From the sequence record SRR22947725_2412: DNA of 47,087 nt. One strand, written 5' to 3'. Under the pieces are notes generated by a model. The model saw only the letters and a program-made list of their open reading frames with translations, had not been told where the DNA came from and ran no database searches. The translations under genes were made by a program, and so were the position numbers. Positions 36,072 to 45,806 of the stretch are shown here, piece after piece (position 1 is the first letter of the stretch; the number at the start of each line of letters is the position of its first letter).

Positions 36072-38483
36072 TTGATACGTTTAATTATCCTCTCACTCCT
36101 CCTTTTTACATCTACCGTTACTTGGGCTCAAAAAGATCTCGTTCTGACCGGTGGTGTTATCAACTCTGCTAATGACTTTCAAGTAGGCCATGAAAACTGG
36201 GCCCGCGTTAAATTCACACTTCAAAATAGCTCAAAACGCGTTCGTTCTGTAAAGATACAGTTCAAGCACGCTTCGGCTCCAGAAGCCGTTTATGAGTACG
36301 AATTGGATATACCTGCGTTATCTCAGATGAGTCATCAATTCCCAGTCGCCATGGGAAGCGCGGCCCACCTCTCTAAGAAAAACAACAAAGCCCCCAAGGG
36401 CAAGAAGAATAAGAAAAAAATCAATCGCGTTGATAGCACTTATAAACTTACTCTCATGGAAAAGGTTGGTGACCGCTACTTACCTGTTAAAAACAATATT
36501 CCCATAGAGTGCGTTATGGATTTCCGCGATGTTAGCAAAAAACCGGCTATCGCACTTTTTACCGATGAAACAGTAAACATTGGTAACCTCTCTCAAAAGC
36601 TAGGTTATGGCGATGGCCACTTCCGCATGACTTACGTCCACAAAGGCAAATGGGCTGAACACTGGAGCGAATACTCCGCCTTTGACGCCTTGGTTTTTCT
36701 CGACCCTATTTTCGATGATAGCCACCCATTACTGCTCAAAGCAGTTAAAGACTACCTTAAAATGGGTGGAACTGTCATTTTTGCTCACCACAACGCCATT
36801 TTAAATGCCGCCAAGACTCAGTTCGCAGAGATCTTACCTGTCATTCCCTTAAAAACTCGACAAGTCAACAGACTTCCAGCTCTCCAAAAATACTTAAAAA
36901 GTGACGAAATATACTCTGAGTTTGGAATGACATTTGTAGATACCGTCGCCAAAGAAAATTCATACGTCCCTTGTTCTGCTGAAGAAATGCCCGTGATTGT
37001 TTGGAAAAAAATTGGCCTGGGCTTAGTGGGTGTCATCAATATCTCACCAACCCAAGGTGCATTTCACAGCAATAACAGTTTTAGCAAAGCATGGAGAAGC
37101 CTTTTCGCTCCTATCCAAAGACCCGCCGATATCTCAATGTTACCGACTAATGATGCGAAAGAATCAGTCAATATGCTCAATGGTCTGACAATTCCTGGTC
37201 CATCAGTCATCCTTAATTATATGATTGTCTATATCATCCTCATTATTGTCGTTTTTATAATCTTAGCAAAACTCAAGAAAACACTTTTTGCTTGGGGCAT
37301 GGCCTTAGTAATTTCCATTGCGATGACCGGTATTATTTTCAAACATGCCTATTCATCTGGAGAAGGCAGTAAAAGCCGAACTGCAGCCGTTTTCAGTCAA
37401 ATCCCTGTGGTCGACAATGGTCCTGTCGTGCAAATCTATTCAGTTTTTTCAAAAAGTAATGATGAATTGGATTTCAATGCCCAAATAATTGAGGACCGCT
37501 TCCGAAAATTACCGAAAGTTAAAAATCGTCTGCGCAATTTCACATCTGGCCAAAAAGGCAGCTATAAAACAGCCCAAATTCAGGAAGTAATCACCGGTAA
37601 TTACACGGGGGAAACCGCCACTCTAAAAGGTCTTAAAATTCAGGGACTCTCGGCGAGAACTTTTACTAAAATTTCCCGTAGCCATATGAGTGGCGCCGCG
37701 CCTTCTTATATTTCTTTCAATAACAAAGGCCTATCCATCACCTCCGATGAATTTCCTTCTGAGCTCTCCCAAGCCGAGAATATATTTGTCTGTGGCCGAA
37801 ATGGCGTCATTCCTCTCGAATTTGCCAATAATACTCTTACTCCTAAAACTAATCCTGCGATCAAAGGCAAAGCCGACGAATACTTAAGGAAACTTCTTAC
37901 CAGCCTAAAGTTTAGAAGCCCGACACTTTGCTACTCTGTAAAAGGCAGCGCAACCGACAATATTTTAGACGACACTTTCGAAGTCAACGGCATGAATGTC
38001 TACATGGCGCCACTCATAGAGCAGATCAGTGGCGATGTCTTCCTGCCAGGGGAATTCACTCAACTCACGGGTTCTTCTTCGTCTAGCTATCTTTACCGCG
38101 ATGGTATTTGGAGCGATGTCAGACATATGGGCGTAAAGCCTGCCAAGTATAAGTTTAATGTCGCCCTCCCTTTAGGTTATGAAGCCATGAAAACTAATGA
38201 GCTTATCATTGATTTCGCCTATATTAATCAAAGTGGTAATATTCTCGTAGATCTTACTTATGCAGGTCAAAAAGCAGAGAAGTCATCTGATGGCCTCTAT
38301 AAAATAAAAGTAGATCCTAAAAGTATCAAAAAAGGGCTTATAGAGATTTCTCTTCTTGCCAATGTTAAAGTGAAACTCACAGATAATCTAGAAATTCACA
38401 AAGCGAATTCATGGAAAGTTAAACATCTTAAGGTTGGCGTAAAAGGGACCTTTGATAAGCAGCATAAAGAATTGAGGTTTTAA
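36072..38483 (+). CDS. Large exported membrane-anchored protein, ABC-exporter associated
   Basis: Signal peptide; GATase-like alpha/beta segment (YSAFDALVFLD...DYLKMGGTVIF); central TM hairpin; large C-terminal soluble region; TTG start after AGGAG. Confidence 0.6.
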   Translation: MIRLIILSLLLFTSTVTWAQKDLVLTGGVINSANDFQVGHENWARVKFTLQNSSKRVRSVKIQFKHASAPEAVYEYELDIPALSQMSHQFPVAMGSAAHLSKKNNKAPKGKKNKKKINRVDSTYKLTLMEKVGDRYLPVKNNIPIECVMDFRDVSKKPAIALFTDETVNIGNLSQKLGYGDGHFRMTYVHKGKWAEHWSEYSAFDALVFLDPIFDDSHPLLLKAVKDYLKMGGTVIFAHHNAILNAAKTQFAEILPVIPLKTRQVNRLPALQKYLKSDEIYSEFGMTFVDTVAKENSYVPCSAEEMPVIVWKKIGLGLVGVINISPTQGAFHSNNSFSKAWRSLFAPIQRPADISMLPTNDAKESVNMLNGLTIPGPSVILNYMIVYIILIIVVFIILAKLKKTLFAWGMALVISIAMTGIIFKHAYSSGEGSKSRTAAVFSQIPVVDNGPVVQIYSVFSKSNDELDFNAQIIEDRFRKLPKVKNRLRNFTSGQKGSYKTAQIQEVITGNYTGETATLKGLKIQGLSARTFTKISRSHMSGAAPSYISFNNKGLSITSDEFPSELSQAENIFVCGRNGVIPLEFANNTLTPKTNPAIKGKADEYLRKLLTSLKFRSPTLCYSVKGSATDNILDDTFEVNGMNVYMAPLIEQISGDVFLPGEFTQLTGSSSSSYLYRDGIWSDVRHMGVKPAKYKFNVALPLGYEAMKTNELIIDFAYINQSGNILVDLTYAGQKAEKSSDGLYKIKVDPKSIKKGLIEISLLANVKVKLTDNLEIHKANSWKVKHLKVGVKGTFDKQHKELRF

Positions 38484-38485
38484 TA

Positions 38486-39415
38486 ATGATCGAAGTCGAT
38501 AACCTAACTAAAAGTTTCGGTGGCGGCCGTGGAATACACGACTTATCTATGGAAATTCCAAGCCAATCCATTATGGGTTTCATTGGTCCTAATGGAGCAG
38601 GAAAGTCCACGACTATTAAACTCTTATGTGGTCTTCTCAAGCCAGATTCCGGCAGCTCAACGATCAATGGCATAGATGTGACTCCTGCCAACTACGATAA
38701 AATTAAAAAAACTGTTGGTTATATGCCGGACATATTCGGTGTATATGACAAAATGAGTGTTTGGGAATATCTCGATTTCTTTGGCGCGGCTTACAAAATT
38801 CCTTCCAGTGCTCGTAAAAAACGTATCGAGAATGTCCTTGAACTTGTTTATGCAGATCACATGATTGACTATCAGGTCGCATCTCTTTCTCGTGGTATGA
38901 CCCAGAAGATTGGTTTAGCCAAGACCATGCTACACGACCCTCAAGTACTCATTCTTGATGAACCTGCAGGTGGTCTTGACCCTCAAGCGCGTATTGAAAT
39001 GCGTGAAATTATCGTCAATCTTCGTGAAATTGGCAAAACCATCATGCTTTCATCACACATACTCCCAGAGCTCGGTACTATTTGTGATTTGGTGGCGATT
39101 GTATCTAAAGGTCAATTGCGTGCTTTTGGAACAGTTGATGAAGTCAGTGCCGGTCTCAAAGAAAAACTTCGCTATTCTCTTATTGTCGATAGTGATCCCG
39201 AGCATGCTGAAGCGACTGTTTCTTCATTCCACAATGTCTCAGATGTTTCTCGTTCACACTCCGAAGTTTTATTTACTTTCGACGGGGCTCGATCTGAAGT
39301 TGCTGACTTGATCACACACTTAGTCCAAGCAAATACGAGGATCACCAGTATTTCTGAAGAGGAAGTCGACCTAGAGTCTGTCTTCATGAAGGTGACTTCG
39401 GAGGAAGATGAATGA
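38486..39415 (+). CDS. ABC-2 type transporter ATP-binding protein
   Basis: GPNGAGKST, LSRGM signature, ILDEP, SSH. Confidence 0.95.
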   Translation: MIEVDNLTKSFGGGRGIHDLSMEIPSQSIMGFIGPNGAGKSTTIKLLCGLLKPDSGSSTINGIDVTPANYDKIKKTVGYMPDIFGVYDKMSVWEYLDFFGAAYKIPSSARKKRIENVLELVYADHMIDYQVASLSRGMTQKIGLAKTMLHDPQVLILDEPAGGLDPQARIEMREIIVNLREIGKTIMLSSHILPELGTICDLVAIVSKGQLRAFGTVDEVSAGLKEKLRYSLIVDSDPEHAEATVSSFHNVSDVSRSHSEVLFTFDGARSEVADLITHLVQANTRITSISEEEVDLESVFMKVTSEEDE

Positions 39416-41076
39416 ACCCTATTTTCAAAAGAGAACTGCAGCAATTTTTAAAATCAGGTAAAATCATCGCAACGATGATTGCTCTGGTTTGTTTGCTTGC
39501 TGTTTTTCTCTATTTTTTATGGCCGCGAACTGCCGTATTCTCCATGGCCTCAAATGAGAGTAAACAGGTCTTTACTGTTTTCCTTATTTGTAACTTGGCC
39601 TTTGTTCTCGTACTCATTCCAGCTTTTTGCGCCACCAGTTTGACTGTCGAAAAAGAGAATAACACCTTCATCATGCTTTACACAACCATGCTGAAGCCCA
39701 TGAATATACTCAACGGCAAGCTCATGGCGAGCTTAACAATGATTTCGATTATTATTATTTGTACAATGCCGATTTCCGCCCTGTGCTCCCTTAGTGGCGG
39801 TATAAACTTACCTGTCCTCATGAAGGCATACACCATTATTTTCATTGCCTCTCTGACTTTTGGGATCATGTCCCTGGCCTGCTCTGCCATGTGTGAGAGG
39901 AGTTCATCTTCATTGGTTATAAGTTACTTACTCATTGCCTGTCTAGCGGGAGGAACTTGGCTACCCTATGCACTTTTGAATACTAAGCCCGAACTTCTCG
40001 ACACACTTATGGCTATCCGTTCTGTCAGTCCGTTTGATGCCATATACAGCGTACTTTATCCAGAAGTTTATCAGGCATCTGTTAGTGGAGAGGCTTCTGT
40101 ATCCACCTACACAACTTACCTCATTCTAAATGCCATTCTGGCTATAGTCTGTGGTGGCGTTTTCGTCTATGGATTTATGTTTAAATCATCTAAGAAAACA
40201 GCTAAAACTGTCGAGCGTTATACAGACAAGAAACGCGCTATGAAGCGAAAACTCTTTTTCCTATTCGATCCACTTAGACGTAAAAAGCCTATCAGTAACT
40301 TTATCAATCCGGTATTTATCACCGAGCTCCGCAGTAAAATCCTCGGTAACCCTCGTTTCATTATTTGGGCCGTCGCTATCTGTAGTTCACTCAGTATCGT
40401 CCTTATGATTTTAACATCGACATTCGTCGCCCCGGAATCATCTGGAGGTTTTAGCTCCGTCCATAAAGCCTCAATAATTTATCAAATAGGCCTCGTAGCC
40501 CTTCTCGCACCCGTTGTCTGTAGTAGTTCTGTAACTACTGAAGTCAATAGTGGCACCTTACTTCTGGTCCGCATGTCGCGAATAGGATCATTTCGCTTTG
40601 TTATGGGAAAACTATACGCCAGTTTCTTTTACGTTCTGATCATTCTTGCCTGTAGCTTACCAATCATCATCTCACTCACAGTTATGTCTAGCTCTGCCGA
40701 AATCAGCAATGTTTATATCTCTCTAGCTATAGTTATTATGACCACTGTCTGTCTCGTAACTGCCGGTCTCTGTGCGTCGAGCTTCTGCCAGAAAACCGAT
40801 TCTGCTACTGCTTTAAGTTATGCGTTTTCCGTTATGCTTTGTCTTGGAACTATGGCGGTCTTACTCTTTGCTGAAAATTTAACCCCTACGACACTCGGAC
40901 TTTGGCTGACTGCGAATCCAGTCGCAGCTGCGCTCAGTAAAAGTACTGGTTCATTTGGCGCTCTCCTCCCAGAGAATGCCTGGCTTCATAACCTAGTTAT
41001 TTTAAGCGTGCTTTCTGTACTATTCATCACTATTGCTTCATCACGCGTTTATCACCTGATGAGAAAAAGGACTTAA
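39412..41076 (+). CDS. ABC-2 type permease with two tandem permease domains
   Basis: Repeated NPIFKREL / NPVFITEL, E.ENNT / E.NSGT and GKL motifs; about 12 TM helices. Confidence 0.85.
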   Translation: MNPIFKRELQQFLKSGKIIATMIALVCLLAVFLYFLWPRTAVFSMASNESKQVFTVFLICNLAFVLVLIPAFCATSLTVEKENNTFIMLYTTMLKPMNILNGKLMASLTMISIIIICTMPISALCSLSGGINLPVLMKAYTIIFIASLTFGIMSLACSAMCERSSSSLVISYLLIACLAGGTWLPYALLNTKPELLDTLMAIRSVSPFDAIYSVLYPEVYQASVSGEASVSTYTTYLILNAILAIVCGGVFVYGFMFKSSKKTAKTVERYTDKKRAMKRKLFFLFDPLRRKKPISNFINPVFITELRSKILGNPRFIIWAVAICSSLSIVLMILTSTFVAPESSGGFSSVHKASIIYQIGLVALLAPVVCSSSVTTEVNSGTLLLVRMSRIGSFRFVMGKLYASFFYVLIILACSLPIIISLTVMSSSAEISNVYISLAIVIMTTVCLVTAGLCASSFCQKTDSATALSYAFSVMLCLGTMAVLLFAENLTPTTLGLWLTANPVAAALSKSTGSFGALLPENAWLHNLVILSVLSVLFITIASSRVYHLMRKRT

Positions 41077-41080
41077 GACA

Positions 41081-42865
41081 ATGTTAAATTCTTTTGTAAC
41101 TTTCATGACTCTCCTGCCGGCAATCCTTCCGACTTGGCAGGAAAAACCCATGCCGAAACAATTCCTACGCTACGATACCGAGGGATATAAATCAGAATCG
41201 CAGCCTACTAATAAGCAAATTGATGCGCTTAAATTAGGCGATCCGATTTTTAAGCTTCAAGTTCTTTCGAAGTTAGCTAGTTTAAATAATCAAGAGTCGA
41301 CTAAAATCATGTACGACTACTTAAGCAAAGCCAATGACCCCCTCATGAAAACAGCAACATTGCGTTACCTTTATCAATGCAATGTTGCTGAGGCACAGCA
41401 AAAGACCATTGAAAGACTCATTAGTGGTCAAACTGATGAGGGTATAGCCGCAGCAAGACTTTATTGCCGATTTCCCAAAGCCAATCTAGGTAAAGTTATA
41501 AAGCTTCTTAAAAATGTTTCTTTACCGGACAAACTCGTCCTCGCCAATGCCTTAAAAGATTCACAGCGCCTAGGTATTAAACAATGGATGGCCATCTACA
41601 AGGAAGATGACTCTTTAGCGTTTAAAATGATTGCTCTTGAAGAAATCGCTAAAAAGCCTAGTGCTGATGGGGCCATGCCCTTTCTCACCAAAATTGCTAA
41701 AAGCCAAGTAAGTTCTGAAAAAAGTACTCTTGCCGCAAATTTGAAATCAACGGAAGCTAATAGCCAATTACTCTTATTACTCCTCAGCGACAAACATGGT
41801 AGCGTTCGCTCCCATGCAGCACAATCTGCAGCTGGAATTAACGATAAAAAAGTACAGCAAAAATTGATCGCCCTTTGTCGTGATAAAGATGCTTCCGTTC
41901 GCAATGCCACCTTTAAAAGTTTAGCCAATGTCAAAACTATACCGTCAGTTAAAGCCCTCTACGCAGGACTTGGCGACAGTGAACTTCTATGTCAAAAAAC
42001 CGCCGTTGCTTCACTTATGGAAATATCTAAAAATGTTAATATTGAACCAGTGGTAAAAGAGGGCATTCATCACCAAAAAGCATCATCAAGAAGATGGTCG
42101 GCTCACTTATTGGGGCAACTCAATCAAAAACAGCATGGACAAGAAATTCTCAAACAATTACAAAAAGAGACTGACTTCGATGCTAGGACAGAACAGGTAT
42201 TTGCGCTCGGACAATTCAAACACGCCATAGATGATAAGCTCGTAAAAAAGCTTTATGTCGATCACCAAAGAGTGCGCCAAGCATTTATGCACTACATGGG
42301 GAAACTGAATAACAAATCTTATTATCAACTATTACATGATGCCGCCATGAAAGACACCTCAGGGCCAGTTCGATGGGCTGCTCTTGAAGCGATGGGTAAT
42401 AACGGCGATCCGTGGTTTAACAAAACTATTCTTGCTATCATGACTGATCTCGACAAAAACAATATGAGAGACTATCAAGATCGCGCTGTCGCTTGTTGGG
42501 CAGCCGGTAAAATTCGCGGCCTCGACAAAAAGATTATAGATCAAATGATTTTATTTATGAATAGGCCGACAATCCCAGTTATCATGGGCCCCAATACTTA
42601 TGATAACTCTCATGTGTTACTCTCAATTTCATTTGCCTTTGCAGAGCAGTATCACCGAGGTGGGGAAAAGAAGGACTTCTTCTTTAAATACGCTAAAAGC
42701 TTCCATTTCCGTTTTACTAAAGACAGACGTAGTGTGGATTTTCCTCGTAGTTATCAAAACGATAATTATGCCGACCAAGCTTGGGCTTATCTAAATGACC
42801 AAGAAGCCCCAAGAGTGACATTCCCAGCACGAAAAATGAACTGGGACTTCAAGCCTACTAAGTAA
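41081..42865 (+). CDS. HEAT-repeat protein
   Basis: LSDKHGSVRSHAA, CRDKDASVRNAT, SRRWSAHLLG, VRWAALEAMG, RAVACWAAG. Confidence 0.8.
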   Translation: MLNSFVTFMTLLPAILPTWQEKPMPKQFLRYDTEGYKSESQPTNKQIDALKLGDPIFKLQVLSKLASLNNQESTKIMYDYLSKANDPLMKTATLRYLYQCNVAEAQQKTIERLISGQTDEGIAAARLYCRFPKANLGKVIKLLKNVSLPDKLVLANALKDSQRLGIKQWMAIYKEDDSLAFKMIALEEIAKKPSADGAMPFLTKIAKSQVSSEKSTLAANLKSTEANSQLLLLLLSDKHGSVRSHAAQSAAGINDKKVQQKLIALCRDKDASVRNATFKSLANVKTIPSVKALYAGLGDSELLCQKTAVASLMEISKNVNIEPVVKEGIHHQKASSRRWSAHLLGQLNQKQHGQEILKQLQKETDFDARTEQVFALGQFKHAIDDKLVKKLYVDHQRVRQAFMHYMGKLNNKSYYQLLHDAAMKDTSGPVRWAALEAMGNNGDPWFNKTILAIMTDLDKNNMRDYQDRAVACWAAGKIRGLDKKIIDQMILFMNRPTIPVIMGPNTYDNSHVLLSISFAFAEQYHRGGEKKDFFFKYAKSFHFRFTKDRRSVDFPRSYQNDNYADQAWAYLNDQEAPRVTFPARKMNWDFKPTK

Positions 42866-42871
42866 GTCGCC

Positions 42872-43411
42872 TTAAGCCGTTTGTTCTAGATAACGGCTCG
42901 CCACTTCATAATGCTCATTGGCCACAGCAACATCAAGAAAGCTTTGGCCTCTTTTATTTTCTTGCTTTGCATCAATCCCTTCTTGAACTAAGAAGTCAAT
43001 CACTGCTAGGTGCCCATATTGAGCCGCTATATGTAAAATAGTATTCCCCGTATGGTCGATTACCTGAGTGTCAGCGCCGCAATTTATCAGTAACTTTATA
43101 TTGGATAGACAACGAGTCTGGCAAGCGCTGTGAAGTGGAGTTTCGCCTTGATCATTAACAGCGTTAACATCTAAGCCTTCATTTATCAATGGGTGTAAAT
43201 TCTTAGGAATCTGATGAGCCGCCATAAGGTGGAGTACAGTATTACCTTTGGTATCTCTCATAAAGTGAATTAAATTATGCTCATCAAGAAAATGCTTTAA
43301 CATAGGGAAGTTACCACTCGCCAAGATGCGTTCGTAATCTTCTCTTAAGTCGCCTTTCACCATTTTTTCGACATCTCGGAAAAACTTTCCCACTATTTCA
43401 TTAGTTTTCAT
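42872..43411 (-). CDS. Ankyrin repeat protein
   Basis: GNTVLHLMA, GETPLHSAC, GNTILHIAA, GQSFLDVA. Confidence 0.92.
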   Translation of the reverse strand: MKTNEIVGKFFRDVEKMVKGDLREDYERILASGNFPMLKHFLDEHNLIHFMRDTKGNTVLHLMAAHQIPKNLHPLINEGLDVNAVNDQGETPLHSACQTRCLSNIKLLINCGADTQVIDHTGNTILHIAAQYGHLAVIDFLVQEGIDAKQENKRGQSFLDVAVANEHYEVASRYLEQTA

Positions 43412-43471
43412 GCACTTTTTTCCTTCTTTTGCTCATTAATGTACTAAATCATTTCGTTCTGCGTGATAATG

Positions 43472-43487
43472 TGCAAAAGTCGTTCCA
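43472..43487 (-). promoter_or_regulatory. Putative sigma54 (-24/-12) promoter of the ankyrin gene
   Basis: Minus strand TGGAACG-ACTT-TTGCA; GG-N10-GC spacing exact; 60 nt upstream of ATG 43411. Confidence 0.6.
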
Positions 43488-43569
43488 GATCTATTGAATT
43501 AGGACAGGCTGCGATCTTTTCTTTTCTAAAGCATTGGTAATCTAAGAGATAATTTTATGAGATTTTTTT

Positions 43570-44388
43570 ATGAGTTTCATTTCAATTAAACGCTTCCAGA
43601 AAGGGGTTATTCGCCTTCTGGTATTCTGCGCTGTCCTATATATGGCCTTAGCGATCGCTCTTTTTGCTCTTCAAGACAAAATGATTTTCCAGCCCAATAA
43701 TAATAGTCCAAAAATGACTCCGAAAGATATCCGCCTCGATTATCAGTCATTGACGATAAACGCCTCAAACCATGATTTGCATGCCTGGTTTATTCCTTCA
43801 GTTAAAGCCAAAGGCACTGTTCTATTTTGTCATGGGAATGCGGGTCATATGGGCCATCGCCTAGAAACCATAAGGCACTGGCATCAACTCGACTACAATA
43901 TTATGATTTTTGACTATGCCGGCTACGGGAATAGTACTGGAGATACTAATGAAGAGAATTCTTACAAAGGCGTTGAGGCCTGTTTAAAGTGGCTCGATCA
44001 GCATAACTTCTCAAGAAAGGACCTCATAGTCCATGGGCGTTCTTTAGGTGGTGCTATCGCCACCTATATAGTGACAAAAGAGCACCTTCCAAAATTGATC
44101 CTTGAATCAACTTTCACGTCTATACCTGGTATGGCAGCACACCGCTTCCCGTTCTTGCCAACTCGCTTCTTAGCAACAACGCATTTCCCTACATTAGAGC
44201 GCTTGTCTACTTTTAAAGGAGAAACTCTTATCTTACATTCGAGAGATGATGAAATCATCCCTTTCTACATGGGTCAGCGATTAGCTCACGAAGCAAATAC
44301 TGAGCTTATTGAACTCAATGGTGGACATAATGATTCACAAATGAGTAGACTTGTTTATGAAACAGCTATCAAAAGATTCATTAAGTAG
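43570..44388 (+). CDS. Membrane-anchored alpha/beta hydrolase (ABHD13/Bem46-like)
   Basis: N-terminal TM helix; CHGNAG, DYAGYGNS, GRSLGG, HSRDDEII, GGHND. Confidence 0.9.
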   Translation: MSFISIKRFQKGVIRLLVFCAVLYMALAIALFALQDKMIFQPNNNSPKMTPKDIRLDYQSLTINASNHDLHAWFIPSVKAKGTVLFCHGNAGHMGHRLETIRHWHQLDYNIMIFDYAGYGNSTGDTNEENSYKGVEACLKWLDQHNFSRKDLIVHGRSLGGAIATYIVTKEHLPKLILESTFTSIPGMAAHRFPFLPTRFLATTHFPTLERLSTFKGETLILHSRDDEIIPFYMGQRLAHEANTELIELNGGHNDSQMSRLVYETAIKRFIK

Positions 44389-44399
44389 AGGCTTGTTAT

Positions 44400-44810
44400 C
44401 TAAGTTACCGCTTTAAAGTCTTTAAAAATTTGACGCCATTTATTTTGGCGCTTTATTCCAAATTTAACACTCTCTATAATATAGCTAATATCCAAGTTAC
44501 CCTTAGTAAAAAAATCAACTGCTCCCATCTCCACAAACTCTGACAATTCCACCATTGAAGGAGCTCCTGTCAAAATGTATGCCTGAGAAAAATGGTTCCT
44601 CTTCTTTAAAGCTGCTAAAACTTCCCGTCCGTTTAAATCAGGTAAGTTAATATCTATTATTGCACTAGAATATATTTCTTTTTCTATACAATCTAGTGCT
44701 TCAGCACCTGTCTTACATATAACTGAGTCTAGCCCACCGGCCTCCATAACATCAGTCAAGACTTCAAGAATTGTTTCATTATCATCTACTAATAGTACTT
44801 TCTTATTCAT
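44400..44810 (-). CDS. Single-domain response regulator (REC)
   Basis: VLLVDD, phosphoacceptor IIDINLPDLNG, ILTG, GAVDFFTK. Confidence 0.9.
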   Translation of the reverse strand: MNKKVLLVDDNETILEVLTDVMEAGGLDSVICKTGAEALDCIEKEIYSSAIIDINLPDLNGREVLAALKKRNHFSQAYILTGAPSMVELSEFVEMGAVDFFTKGNLDISYIIESVKFGIKRQNKWRQIFKDFKAVT

Positions 44811-44918
44811 GCTTTCACCCTTAATTACTTATATAAACTAAAACACAAAAATCACAGAATCAATTTTTTTTATCAATCAGTATTAAAAGATAATTGAGAA
44901 AGAAGTCTTTATGCTTCC

Positions 44919-44963
44919 CCTGAATAAATGATTTTCCTGAATAAACGACTATATTCAGCAGGG
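44919..44963. repeat. Direct repeat plus inverted copy in the divergent promoter region
   Basis: CCTGAATAAATGA (44919-44931) and CCTGAATAAACGA (44936-44948); inverted TATTCAG at 44952-44958. Confidence 0.7.
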
Positions 44964-45065
44964 CAAAAAAACTCATTACAAAATCTCAATCCAAGAGTAA
45001 ACGTGATCTGTTATTAGCCCGATTATATTAACTCATCAACGTTAATTTCTCAGAGGTCATAAGAA

Positions 45066-45803
45066 ATGTTTACCACAGAAGGCGAAAGTCCCACATTAAA
45101 TCCGAAAACAATCAACGCAATCGAGAACCTCGCCATCAACATTGCAACCCAGAATAACGGTAGACTCTTTATCTGCCAGCTGATGACTTACTTCCCATTT
45201 TCATTAACACAGATTAATGATGTTATTAATCAAATGGTTGATAACAGCTCCATCCTGAAACTCGAAGAAAATGGTATCAATTATTATCAATTTAAAAATC
45301 TGCAGAAGACAGAGTTGCCACCGATGAAAAAATCCGTTTGGACCACTCAGGTCGAAGGTGAACTTCGTCAGATAAAGCTCGAGCACCAAATCGTTCACTC
45401 TGCTTCTCAAATTGAAGGCCGCATTCACCCGGCCGCTATTGCTGCTAATACTGACTTTACACTCCAAGATATAAAACAGAGCTTAGAGCAAATGAACCTA
45501 AATGGCTTCATTAGCGAAAAATTGGACGAAGAAAATGGCAGTATTTACTACATCTTCCCGAAAACTGATTACGTCGATAGAAATTTCAAAATCATCATGA
45601 ATGCTCTTGTGCCAAAAGGTTCACAGGAATCTTTCGACCTCACAATGGGAGTATTTATGAAATACATGTTTACCTGCATCATTCTGATAGTTCTTCTGTT
45701 GGTTGCTAAAGTTAACTACAGGTTTCTCGTCATACTGTTTCTGTTATCTATGCCTTTTTCTGCCATGATGACCTATTTAAAATCAAAACAAATACAAGGA
45801 TAA
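45066..45803 (+). CDS. Hypothetical membrane protein with two tandem winged-helix-like repeats and two C-terminal TM helices
   Basis: aa 19-76 and 105-164 share GR...F.L..I.....QM..N..I...EENG..YY.F; hydrophobic segments at about aa 195-215 and 220-238. Confidence 0.6.
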   Translation: MFTTEGESPTLNPKTINAIENLAINIATQNNGRLFICQLMTYFPFSLTQINDVINQMVDNSSILKLEENGINYYQFKNLQKTELPPMKKSVWTTQVEGELRQIKLEHQIVHSASQIEGRIHPAAIAANTDFTLQDIKQSLEQMNLNGFISEKLDEENGSIYYIFPKTDYVDRNFKIIMNALVPKGSQESFDLTMGVFMKYMFTCIILIVLLLVAKVNYRFLVILFLLSMPFSAMMTYLKSKQIQG

Positions 45804-45806
45804 AAT

